64,000 bases of DNA from positions 922 to 64,921 of the forward strand of contig CAYMHI010000004.1 in assembly GCA_964390265.1 (NCBI GenBank), written 5' to 3'. The stretch is from an uncultured Candidatus Saccharibacteria bacterium (GTDB taxonomy: Bacteria > Patescibacteriota > Saccharimonadia > CAILAD01 > BJGX01). The translations under genes and the position numbers were made by a program. Below, in pieces: positions 55,585 to 64,000 of the stretch. Position 1 is the first letter of the stretch. Every line of letters begins with the position of its first letter. Below the pieces are notes generated by a model. The model was given only the letters and a program-made list of their open reading frames with translations, had not been told where the DNA came from and ran no database searches.

Positions 55585-57022
55585 AAATAAAGCTTAGTAC
55601 CTGGTCTTGATCAACATTACCAGTATAAAACACAGTGTTACCATTGCCAACTTGTTTCTTGATGTCTTTGACGCTGCTAGCAGTAAGTTCATATTCGTCT
55701 GACGGCAACGTCAAAGAGTAGTTAATTGTGTATGGCCACCCACCTAGTTGCTTTTGCACCAAGCTATTAATTACCAGGCGATCACCAAATAGGTATTTGG
55801 TAGGCACCTTATAGCTTAGAGTGACTTTATTTTGACTAAGCGGTTGAATATAGCGGTAATAGCTCAGTAGCAACTTACCATTTTCTATTTTCTGAAAATA
55901 TGGCCTTGAGCCAACGTTTGCACTATTCATCTGAGTATCGTCAGGCAGGGCAATAGTTATATAGCTTTTATCTTCACCAACCAACCACATCAGTTTATTG
56001 GTGTTTGGATCGATATAACTTATTCTATTTGGTGAAGTATGGTTAGTTACTATCTCTAAATCCAGCTGGCTACTACCATCGGCGAGTATGGTTTGGTGCA
56101 TATTGACGGTATTTTTTATGTATGGAGAGCTTTTATTGGCTGCAAAATTAGCTTCACTTATCATAAAATAGTTTTCATCGGTCTTGCTCAACTCACCCGC
56201 TGCACCTATCTTGCGTATCAATGACTCGGTTTTTGGATCACTGCTATATATTACAATTTGCTTTTGATTAATCAGATCTTGAATGTTAGGCAATATATTT
56301 TTGATTTCTATTATATCTTTAGAAAGGAGACGTGAAACCAATACATTAGAGAGATTACCCAGTACACCAGATTTGGGGTCTTTTTTTTGTAGTTTATCTT
56401 TGCCAGCCTCCACCTCAAGCTGAACGGAATCTCTAAAATTGTCTTTGGTGACAGTTAAGTTATAGTCTTTTAAATAGACTGGTCCTAACTTGTCTAAGAG
56501 TGTCTCTAAAACCTCTGGTGTAATCTGAACAACGTTATTTACTCCTATAGATGTATTTAGTTGATAAAAATACATCACTCTTTTGGCGTTGCTAGGGAAG
56601 TCTAAATAGTTACTACTATCTCTTAGTGACGAGCAATCTATTAGATTGACCGCCAAATAATCTGGTTGACTATAGTTTTTATCTCTACAAAAATCAGGTG
56701 AGTCAATACTATATACACCTACTAATGGATCAGCTTTTATTTTGCCTTGATTAGAGTTAATTAAACCAAGAGTGCCAATAAACCCGCCACCCGTTCTTAT
56801 CTCGGCGTTATTTGCTAATACCAAAAGTGTTTTTTGCGGGCTATCATAGCCTGCTAATGATCTGTACAGGTCTTGATAGGGCTGGAATTTATTCGCCTCA
56901 ACCTCGAGTGATTGAAAATAATGGCCCAATCTAACAGATACCGTAAACGCAGTCATTAAAAGCGCAGCAATAACTAGAGCAACCACTATACTATTTTGTC
57001 GCTTAGAGTTTTTTACTGTCAT
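55571..57022 (-). CDS. membrane-anchored exported protein, DUF4012-like
   Basis: N-terminal TM; LVLANNAEIRTGGGFIGTLG block recalled as characteristic of DUF4012 (from memory, not searched); co-operonic with glycosyltransferases and the ABC exporter. Confidence 0.4.
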   Translation of the reverse strand: MTVKNSKRQNSIVVALVIAALLMTAFTVSVRLGHYFQSLEVEANKFQPYQDLYRSLAGYDSPQKTLLVLANNAEIRTGGGFIGTLGLINSNQGKIKADPLVGVYSIDSPDFCRDKNYSQPDYLAVNLIDCSSLRDSSNYLDFPSNAKRVMYFYQLNTSIGVNNVVQITPEVLETLLDKLGPVYLKDYNLTVTKDNFRDSVQLEVEAGKDKLQKKDPKSGVLGNLSNVLVSRLLSKDIIEIKNILPNIQDLINQKQIVIYSSDPKTESLIRKIGAAGELSKTDENYFMISEANFAANKSSPYIKNTVNMHQTILADGSSQLDLEIVTNHTSPNRISYIDPNTNKLMWLVGEDKSYITIALPDDTQMNSANVGSRPYFQKIENGKLLLSYYRYIQPLSQNKVTLSYKVPTKYLFGDRLVINSLVQKQLGGWPYTINYSLTLPSDEYELTASSVKDIKKQVGNGNTVFYTGNVDQDQVLSFIYEKP

Positions 57023-58124
57023 TACGACCTTTCTGCCTCATTTTGGAGTCTACTAGGCCAAGAATATTATTGACAAAGCGTTTTTTTGAGAATAGTTCTG
57101 CTCTAGCTGATATTGTAGCCGTAGAGTAATTGATTTGCTCAGATGCCATCATTGCTTTTACTACCGATTCGACACTTTGTTTATCAAAAAAAATACCTGT
57201 TTTACCATCTATAACTGTTTCTGAGGCTCCGCCATAGCCATAAGCTATTACTGGCTTGCCTGCCGACATCGCTTCAACTGGAGTAATACCAAAATCTTCG
57301 TTAGCAGTAAAAATAAAAGCTTTGCAATTTTGAAAATACTGTTCGGTTTGTGCATCTGATAACGAACCCAGGAACTCTATTGTGGGACCAGCAATTGATT
57401 GTAAGTACTTCATTTCTGCTCCATCCCCAACTATTTTAAGGGGTAGCTTGAGCTCATTGCAGGCCTGTATAGCCAGATCTACCCTTTTATATGGAATTAG
57501 TCTACTCACGACCAAATAGTACTCACCTTTTATTTTGTTTGCCTTAAATCTGCCAGTGTCAACCGGCGGGAATATTACTTGGGCTGAGCGATTATAGTAG
57601 CGATCAATCCTATCAGCAACTGTTTGTGAGTTAGCTACCAGCACATCTGGCCTTTGAGCAGCCGCATAATCCCAGCGTCTCATTTTTTTTACATAATGTG
57701 GCATTACTAGTCTTACAAAGGGATTTAATACACCCATACCGGGTGATTGTAGATAATCCTCATATCCACTCCAATAATAACGTGTAGGGGTGTGTATGTA
57801 GGATATATGCAAAGTTTCGGTAGTAGTTATAATCCCTTTAGCTTCAGCGCTACTCGATGAGATTACCAAGTCGTATTGCGAAAAATTAAAACTTTCAAAG
57901 GCAAGAGTGCGCAACATCGGGTAGAGTTGATGTTTATTTTGTGCCAATGGCCAGTTTTGTAAAAAAGAAGTGCGTACTTCTCTATCCTCAAACATGCTCA
58001 ATTTATTTGGATTATATATACTTGTATAGATATGTGCATCTGGGTAAGCTTCGGCGAGCGCCGCCATAACCCTTTCTCCACCTCCTAGGTTAGTCAACCA
58101 GTCATGAACCAAAGCCACCCTCAT
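57003..58124 (-). CDS. glycosyltransferase family 4
   Basis: MRVALVHDWLTNLGGGERV N-terminus and EDFGITPVEAMSAGKPVIAYGYGGASE GT4 motif. Confidence 0.85.
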   Translation of the reverse strand: MRVALVHDWLTNLGGGERVMAALAEAYPDAHIYTSIYNPNKLSMFEDREVRTSFLQNWPLAQNKHQLYPMLRTLAFESFNFSQYDLVISSSSAEAKGIITTTETLHISYIHTPTRYYWSGYEDYLQSPGMGVLNPFVRLVMPHYVKKMRRWDYAAAQRPDVLVANSQTVADRIDRYYNRSAQVIFPPVDTGRFKANKIKGEYYLVVSRLIPYKRVDLAIQACNELKLPLKIVGDGAEMKYLQSIAGPTIEFLGSLSDAQTEQYFQNCKAFIFTANEDFGITPVEAMSAGKPVIAYGYGGASETVIDGKTGIFFDKQSVESVVKAMMASEQINYSTATISARAELFSKKRFVNNILGLVDSKMRQKGRNDSKKL

Positions 58125-58130
58125 AACAAC

Positions 58131-59546
58131 TTAATATCCATTTCTATGAAACAGTACAGGTATGGTACGAATTAAGATTGCTATATCTAAGCCAATGCTC
58201 CAGTTTTCAATATAATAAACATCTAGTTTTACCCTACTGTCATAGTTAACGTCGTTGCGTCCAGACACCTGCCAAAGACCAGTCAAGCCAGGCTTGATAT
58301 GTAAAAAAAGACCAGACTCGTCGCCGTATCGTTCCAGCTCAGAAGCAACAATTGGCCGTGGACCCACAAAGCTCAAGTCGCCCTTGATTATATTTATCAG
58401 CTGAGGAATCTCGTCGATACTACTGCGTCGCAAAAAACCGCCTAGCGGACTCACACGAGGGTCATTTTTTAGTTTTTGATCTCTTTTAAACTCTTCAATT
58501 AATGCCGGGTCGTTAAAGCCTTTTATGACTTCTATATCGTCTTTACCGCTGTATTTACCCCCAGTACAATACTCTTGCTTCATGGTTCTTAACTTGTATA
58601 TCATAATAGCCTTACCAGAACGGGTTAGTCGCTTGTGAGCATAAAAGACCGGGCCTGGATCAAATATTTTAATTAATATCCCTATAATTAGTAAAAAAGG
58701 TGCAGCTATAATCAATACTAAGCAAGCAAATAGGATATCTACAAAACGCTTAACAATTCTGCCCCATCCCTCTAAAGGTGTAGACACCAACTCCATAACG
58801 GGTATATTTTTTATTCTATTCATACGCATGGGCACGTTGTACATTTGCCCCATCGTTGGAACGATATGTAGCTGTATTTGATTTTGACGGCAAAAATTAG
58901 CACATTTTAGAGTAACTTCTTTATCAAGACCATCCTCTAACAAGAAAATATCATCTAACGAGTGTTGATTATGTTGTAAGTTTAGCCACGAAATTGATAA
59001 ATCATTTTTTACTGCCTTGTTGCCAGCCACCCAGTAAAGCCTAAATTCCTCTTTTAGATCTTTCTCAAAACCAATTCTTGATGGCCCCTTGCCGAGTATC
59101 AACACATTGTGCGTTCCTAAACCTATCCTGTAAAACATTTGCTGAACTCCATACAATATAAATCTAGCCAGCCCTACAAATACTACTGCGAATACAAATC
59201 CATAAATTGGTATTGCTTTAGATGGGAATATTGGTTCTTTTGAGAAGAAGTCGATAATTATTAGTGTCATTACACCTACCGCAGAGGCCATCACTACCCT
59301 GCTCATCTCGGCCATTCTTGAGCGTGTAGCCTTGAGGTCGTACAGCCCAGCGAAGGCAAAAATAACTATCCATAATACCAAAACCGGCAAAATAACTCTT
59401 ATAAACGATCGACCAGAAACTAAATAGGCGAGTGGCTTGGACTGCTCTTGCCGAACTATATAGGCCATAGCAAAACCAGCAACTACCATAAGATAGTCGA
59501 TTGGTACCAATACGGCCCGAAAAAATAATTCACTGCGTTTTTTCAT
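58131..59546 (-). CDS. undecaprenyl-phosphate sugar phosphotransferase (WbaP/CpsE-type initiating 'bacterial sugar transferase')
   Basis: Multi-TM N-terminus; C-terminal PF02397-type motifs KRLTRSGKAIMIYKLRTM, DEIPQLINIIKGDLSFVGPRP, PGLTGLWQVSGR. Confidence 0.9.
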   Translation of the reverse strand: MKKRSELFFRAVLVPIDYLMVVAGFAMAYIVRQEQSKPLAYLVSGRSFIRVILPVLVLWIVIFAFAGLYDLKATRSRMAEMSRVVMASAVGVMTLIIIDFFSKEPIFPSKAIPIYGFVFAVVFVGLARFILYGVQQMFYRIGLGTHNVLILGKGPSRIGFEKDLKEEFRLYWVAGNKAVKNDLSISWLNLQHNQHSLDDIFLLEDGLDKEVTLKCANFCRQNQIQLHIVPTMGQMYNVPMRMNRIKNIPVMELVSTPLEGWGRIVKRFVDILFACLVLIIAAPFLLIIGILIKIFDPGPVFYAHKRLTRSGKAIMIYKLRTMKQEYCTGGKYSGKDDIEVIKGFNDPALIEEFKRDQKLKNDPRVSPLGGFLRRSSIDEIPQLINIIKGDLSFVGPRPIVASELERYGDESGLFLHIKPGLTGLWQVSGRNDVNYDSRVKLDVYYIENWSIGLDIAILIRTIPVLFHRNGY

Positions 59547-59609
59547 ATTTTGCTTACAACTTACTTAGTTATTATAACAAAATACTCTCTTTGACTGAGA
59601 GTATTTGTT

Positions 59610-59998
59610 AAGTAAGTTAGCTATAAGCCGAATTTTGTCCTCCGTCAATTGACGGATGGGTAATCATCTATCTTCCCTTGCGAGACGCCTCTCATCACTC
59701 GGTGGTGAGAGATCGTGCGATATACCCGAAATAGAGCGAGTAACTCCTCTGCCAAACGGCAGATGGGCCCATAATCTTGCAGCCAATAGGGTTTACCACC
59801 TCTTATAGTCACCTATAAGAGTCGTGAGCTCTTACCCCACACTTTTCACCCTTACCCTTCACCGGTATCGATGAGGGGCGGTATTGTTTCTGCGGCACTT
59901 TCCCGAGGGTTACCCCTGGTTGCCGTTAGCAACTATTGTACTCTGTGCTGTTCGGACTTTCCTACCGTCAATTGACGGTCGATTACCCACTAACTCAC
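59610..59998 (-). ncRNA. rnpB: RNase P RNA, bacterial type A
   Basis: Minus strand: ...GGUAGGAAAGUCCGAAC (P4 5'), GGGGUAACCCUCGGGAAAGUGCCGCAGAAACAAUACCGCC, AGGGUAAGGGUGAAAAGUGUGGGGUAAGAGCUCAC, GGUGGUAAACCC, ACAAAAUUCGGCUUAUAG (P4 3'). P1 GUGAGUUAGU/GCUAACUUAC and P2 GGGUAAUC/GAUUACCC pair. Confidence 0.8.
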
Positions 59999-60035
59999 TA
60001 ACTAATAATATAGCATCTTTATATGGTTTTGTCTA

Positions 60036-60443
60036 CTAAGTATGGCTATCTAGACAAATATTTACTTGCTCATCTGCAAGTTTGTTATCTTCTCGATACA
60101 CATGCGTAAAAGATACTTCAAGTCCTGCCAGTTTACCTACTATATCTTGATAGAGTGGTTTGATATTGGCATTTTTAACTTTGTATTCCCCGTTGAGCTG
60201 TTTTACTACTAGCATGCTATCTAAGTAAAATTCGATCTTGCATTTTTTATACTCACCCAGGTTATCTAGAGCTAATGTAACTGCTCTATATTCGGCAAAA
60301 TTATTGGTTTGAATACCCAAGTACTCATTATATTCGGCTATCAATTTGTTATCTGAGGTCAAAAATACTACACCAGCTGCCGCTGGCCCGGGATTACCCC
60401 TAGATCCTCCATCACAGAATATTTTTATCGTCTTATTAGCCAT
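60036..60443 (-). CDS. rnhA: ribonuclease HI
   Basis: IFCDGGSRGNPGPAAAGVV...AEYRAV... RNase H fold with DEDD residues in the expected blocks. Confidence 0.85.
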   Translation of the reverse strand: MANKTIKIFCDGGSRGNPGPAAAGVVFLTSDNKLIAEYNEYLGIQTNNFAEYRAVTLALDNLGEYKKCKIEFYLDSMLVVKQLNGEYKVKNANIKPLYQDIVGKLAGLEVSFTHVYREDNKLADEQVNICLDSHT

Positions 60444-61210
60444 ATTGCTATTATACTCGCTCCTAAGATTATTCTATACAGCACAAATATTAACATTGAG
60501 TGGCTCTTAAGGTAATCTAGCAGCCATTTAATAACTAATATACCAACAATAAAAGTTACGACTATACCTAAAATAAGATCTAAATTAGAGACCGATCTAA
60601 TTGGTTCGTTTATCAGACTAACTGCCTTATATAGGCCTGCTCCTAAAGATATGGGGGTTGCCAGTAAAAAACTAAACCTGGCGGCATCTTCTCGTTTTAA
60701 TCCTAACCACAATCCAGCAGTGATAGTTATACCTGAACGAGAAGTGCCCGGAATAAGAGCGACTGCCTGAGCAAAGCCAATTATTAGGCTCTGTTTTAAT
60801 GTAATTTTATCAACATCTTCATTTAATTTGGCAGTTTTATCAACATATAACAGTAAAAATCCAAATAATATCATGCCAACTGCTAATATTAATGGCGCAT
60901 ACTCACTAGCATGCAAATATTGTTCAATATATTTATCACCAAAAAAACCAATAAACAAGGCTGGTAAGGTAGCTATTACAATGTATTTTATTAACTTATC
61001 TTTTTTTAGAATCATCTGCCAAAATTCTTTGCCAAAAAACACCAAAAGAGCCATAGCTGTACCTATATGTAGCGCAGCATCAAAGGCTAAGCCGGGGTCG
61101 GCAAAATTAAAAACCCAAGGCACTAATAGTAGGTGTGCCGAGGAAGATATGGGCAAGAACTCGGTAATCGCCTGTACAAATGAAAGAATAATAACTACAA
61201 AAATATTCAT
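60425..61210 (-). CDS. uppP: undecaprenyl-diphosphatase
   Basis: N-terminal AITEFLPISSSAHL and ...GTSRSG... BacA/UppP motifs, 8 TM. Confidence 0.9.
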   Translation of the reverse strand: MNIFVVIILSFVQAITEFLPISSSAHLLLVPWVFNFADPGLAFDAALHIGTAMALLVFFGKEFWQMILKKDKLIKYIVIATLPALFIGFFGDKYIEQYLHASEYAPLILAVGMILFGFLLLYVDKTAKLNEDVDKITLKQSLIIGFAQAVALIPGTSRSGITITAGLWLGLKREDAARFSFLLATPISLGAGLYKAVSLINEPIRSVSNLDLILGIVVTFIVGILVIKWLLDYLKSHSMLIFVLYRIILGASIIAIWLIRR

Positions 61211-61620
61211 TTTTGACTATCTAGCTCGTTGAGCTTAGACCTAATTTTAGTAGCTTCTTTTGAGATATCTTCCAAATTAGACTCTCTGGCTTTGTCGTGG
61301 TCCATATCGGCTATATCGAATAACGACAATATGTGAATATGTACGTGAGGAATCTCAAAGCCAACAGCGCTCAAGCCAACCTTGGGTGGTTTGTAGAGCG
61401 TTTTTATTACCCTTCCTACATCTTGAGCCAATAACATCATTTCTTGCCATGTTTCACTAGGTAGATCTTGCCAATCAGCTATCTGAGCCTTTGGAACTAT
61501 GAGTACGTGGCCGGGGTTGTGTGGAGCAATAGTAAGCATCGCAAAACACTTATCACCTTTATAGACTACCTCTCCAGGTAACTCACCATTAAAAACTTTT
61601 GTAAAAACTGTTTCTAACAT
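61207..61620 (-). CDS. HIT-family (histidine triad) protein
   Basis: HVHIHIL histidine-triad motif; 137 aa. Confidence 0.85.
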   Translation of the reverse strand: MLETVFTKVFNGELPGEVVYKGDKCFAMLTIAPHNPGHVLIVPKAQIADWQDLPSETWQEMMLLAQDVGRVIKTLYKPPKVGLSAVGFEIPHVHIHILSLFDIADMDHDKARESNLEDISKEATKIRSKLNELDSQK

Positions 61621-61631
61621 ACTTATATACT

Positions 61632-63995
61632 CTACGCCTGAAGATCGCCAACATCAAGCGTAATCTGGGCCCCCTTCTGAACCTTGCCAGATAATATTTG
61701 TTTGGCAACGGTATTTTCTACCAAGCGCTGTACGGCACGACGCATTGGCCTAGCGCCTAACCTAGGATCGTAACCAGCCTCAACCAAGCTAACATAAGCC
61801 GGCTCAGTTAGTTGTATAGAAATCTTTTTAGGTACAAGCTCAGTGTTGATCTCTCTAATCATCAGGTATGCAACCTGCAGTAACTCTTGTTTATTTAGCG
61901 GCCTAAATAGTACTAGCTCATCAAAACGATTTATAAGCTCGGGTTTAAACAAGTGTTGATTGATAATATTATCGGTAAATTCTTGCTCAAACTGCTCAAG
62001 TGCTTGCCCGGCTTCAATACGAGCTCGAATTTCATCAGAGCCAGCGTTGGAAGTACAAATTATAATTGCCTCCTTAAATGATACCTTACGGCCACTCTCG
62101 TCGGTCAAGTCGCCTTCGTCTAATAGTTGCAATAGTAGATCTAAAATGTCTGGGTTGGCTTTTTCAATTTCGTCAAACAACACCACCGAGAAAGGCTTTT
62201 GCGAGATAGCTTCGAGTAGCGGACTGCCAGCTTGGTCTTCGGTGGTAGCCGACAAAAACCTATGAACGTCTTCGTTGGTTTGGTATTCACTCATATCTAG
62301 GCGAATCATATTTTCTTCGCCGCCAAAATAAACTGCTGCCAAAGATTTGGCTAGCTCCGTTTTACCCACCCCAGTAGGGCCCAGAAATAGAAAACTACCC
62401 ACTGGACGGCTAGTATTGCGTACCCCAGCACGTGATCGGCGCAAGGCATCAGCTACCACCTTAACAGCTCTCACCTGGTTAATCATACGTTCATGGATAA
62501 GAGACTCTAACTGTAATAGCTGACCTTTCTCTTGAGTATCGCCCTCTTGCACCTTAGTATTAGCAAGTATCTCTACTGCCTGCTGAACTGACTCGGGTGT
62601 AATAAAGCCATCAACTGGATAATTACAGCTATCCTCAAGTAGATCGATAGCCTTTGAAGGCAAACCCTTGTCTTGTATGTAGCGCTCAGATAATCTGTAG
62701 GTTTCTTGAAGTGCTTTATAGGTAATAGGATGCCCGTACTGAGCTTCATAATGAATTGCAATATCTTGCAGTATGGCGATTGTTTGTTTCTCATCAGTTT
62801 GTGCCACGTCTACCCTGGCAAAAGTTTGTGATAACGCTGGGTTGCTTGATGTCAGCTTATGCCAGTCTTGGCTATTTAGAGCAATTATGCATTTAAGGCC
62901 AGTTCTCTCAAGTATTGGTAGTAGTATTTTAGAAATATTAACCGTACCTGGCTCGTTGCTAAAAAATAGCTGTGCTTCATCAAAAAACAATATAATATTG
63001 CCTGCTCGAACGGTATTGACAAATATTTGCTCAAAAATTTGCTCTATGTGGCTCTCTTCAGTTACAGAAGCTGTAATCACTGTCGGGTCAATTTGAATTA
63101 TTTGTTTGTACTGAAGATTCGCATCGGTTTCACCCCGTATCATTTGATCAGCCAGGGCGTAGACTAGAGCCGACTTACCTACGCCATTATCACCTACCAA
63201 GGCAACACTTCCTCGGTTAGGTCTAGACAGACTATTTGACATCTGCTCTAAGACATGGCCACGTGACACACTAGAGAAATCTTGATTGCCATTTTGAATC
63301 TCAAGACTAATGTTGTGGCCATACTGATCTAGAATGGGAGTAAAGCCAGAAGACCAATCTCTACCAACTCCGCCAAAAACACTACTTTTTTTAGGTGTCA
63401 GCTGTCTTTTGAGTAGCGATTCTTGCCACTGCAAACCCTGCACAATATCTTCGGTGTCTAAAGCCAAACCTCTTATGTAAGCAACGATTTGCGGACTACC
63501 GACCATAATGGCCGTAGCAATTACCCCAGCCGTCACTTCTCGCACCGGCATTTGAGCAACTAGCTGTAAACAAAGGTGCCACATAGCAACGCTATCGGCT
63601 TTGTTTTGCGAAATATTGTTTTTTATACTATCTTCATTCAACTCATAATGAACCATCAAAAAGCTGACTTCCCAGTTGTTTCTAATATTATCCCAAACCT
63701 GGCGTGGTGACATATCGGCATTAATGCTTGATACAATATCACTTGCTAACACTTGATCTAGTGCCAATGGCCCATTACCTGCAGCTATAATTGCCGGAAT
63801 TTCGCTGAGATCCCAACGCCACCAGTAACCAAAGCATATAAACGCCATCGCCAAGCCTGCAAGCGAGTAGCCCACATGGATACCTATTATTACTAACGCA
63901 ACGCTAGCAGCTATCGCTATAAATCCTAATAAAATAGCAAGCTTGCCAATAGACTTAGGCAAACGACCCACCAACTTAGCTTTTCTCACCCTCAT
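61632..63995 (-). CDS. Clp/Hsp100-family double-AAA+ ATPase (ClpC/ClpB-like) with N-terminal transmembrane helices
   Basis: D1 Walker A GDNGVGKSALV, D2 Walker A GPTGVGKTELAKSLA, sensor/arginine-finger blocks. N-terminal ~60 aa are two hydrophobic helices in place of a canonical Clp N-domain. Confidence 0.85.
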   Translation of the reverse strand: MRVRKAKLVGRLPKSIGKLAILLGFIAIAASVALVIIGIHVGYSLAGLAMAFICFGYWWRWDLSEIPAIIAAGNGPLALDQVLASDIVSSINADMSPRQVWDNIRNNWEVSFLMVHYELNEDSIKNNISQNKADSVAMWHLCLQLVAQMPVREVTAGVIATAIMVGSPQIVAYIRGLALDTEDIVQGLQWQESLLKRQLTPKKSSVFGGVGRDWSSGFTPILDQYGHNISLEIQNGNQDFSSVSRGHVLEQMSNSLSRPNRGSVALVGDNGVGKSALVYALADQMIRGETDANLQYKQIIQIDPTVITASVTEESHIEQIFEQIFVNTVRAGNIILFFDEAQLFFSNEPGTVNISKILLPILERTGLKCIIALNSQDWHKLTSSNPALSQTFARVDVAQTDEKQTIAILQDIAIHYEAQYGHPITYKALQETYRLSERYIQDKGLPSKAIDLLEDSCNYPVDGFITPESVQQAVEILANTKVQEGDTQEKGQLLQLESLIHERMINQVRAVKVVADALRRSRAGVRNTSRPVGSFLFLGPTGVGKTELAKSLAAVYFGGEENMIRLDMSEYQTNEDVHRFLSATTEDQAGSPLLEAISQKPFSVVLFDEIEKANPDILDLLLQLLDEGDLTDESGRKVSFKEAIIICTSNAGSDEIRARIEAGQALEQFEQEFTDNIINQHLFKPELINRFDELVLFRPLNKQELLQVAYLMIREINTELVPKKISIQLTEPAYVSLVEAGYDPRLGARPMRRAVQRLVENTVAKQILSGKVQKGAQITLDVGDLQA

Positions 63996-64000
63996 GGTAT

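Noticed and set aside
59642-59979. The pair of identical 14-nt palindromes CCGTCAATTGACGG considered as inverted-repeat termini of a small mobile element.
   Set aside because: Both fall inside a sequence with all the conserved RNase P RNA blocks and pairable P1/P2 helices. No transposase lies between them.
1-64000. CRISPR arrays, tRNA genes, rRNA genes and IS elements.
   Set aside because: I scanned for regularly spaced direct repeats and tRNA T-loop signatures and found none apart from the protein-coding repeats and the tmRNA. No transposase-like ORF or terminal inverted repeats were found.

Overview
This 64 kb window comes from a small-genome bacterium with Gram-positive-type surface biology (an LPXTG-anchored protein, class I aldolase, UgtP-like glycolipid transferases); the gene content would fit a CPR/Saccharibacteria-like or low-GC monoderm organism, but that assignment is an inference. 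The minus strand is dense with housekeeping genes: gyrB-gyrA, pheS-pheT, trpS, rmuC, a UvrD-like helicase-nuclease, argS, then rnhA, uppP, a HIT gene and a Clp ATPase. The plus strand carries smpB, a class I fructose-bisphosphate aldolase, yifB/comM, and infC-rpmI-rplT. Two structured RNA genes that no ORF track can show were found by eye, both on the minus strand: tmRNA (ssrA, 41790..42179) and a type-A RNase P RNA (rnpB, 59610..59998).

Accessory or unusual content:
- A type IV secretion or conjugation-like surface module lies between gyrBA and pheST (about 10.9-17.3 kb): a VirB4-family ATPase, an LPXTG wall-anchored protein and small membrane proteins.
- pheT carries an apparently complete NlpC/P60 peptidase-like domain inserted between its B5 and catalytic-like domains.
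- Three secreted proteins downstream of gyrA (1.2-5 kb) share a previously unnamed Ser/Asn/Thr/Gly-rich 'TGPxSNN...NTTGGxAxSG' repeat.
- A GC-richer islet of orphan genes (about 36.4-41.7 kb) abuts the tmRNA 3' end. It has tandem Zn-ribbon paralogs, a duplicated terminator-promoter cassette and a shared 5' leader motif.
- infC appears to start on a non-ATG codon.
- Two candidate small-RNA loci sit in intergenic regions.
- There is a glycolipid glycosyltransferase cluster and an envelope-polysaccharide/ABC operon.

No CRISPR array, tRNA, integrase or transposase was recognisable.
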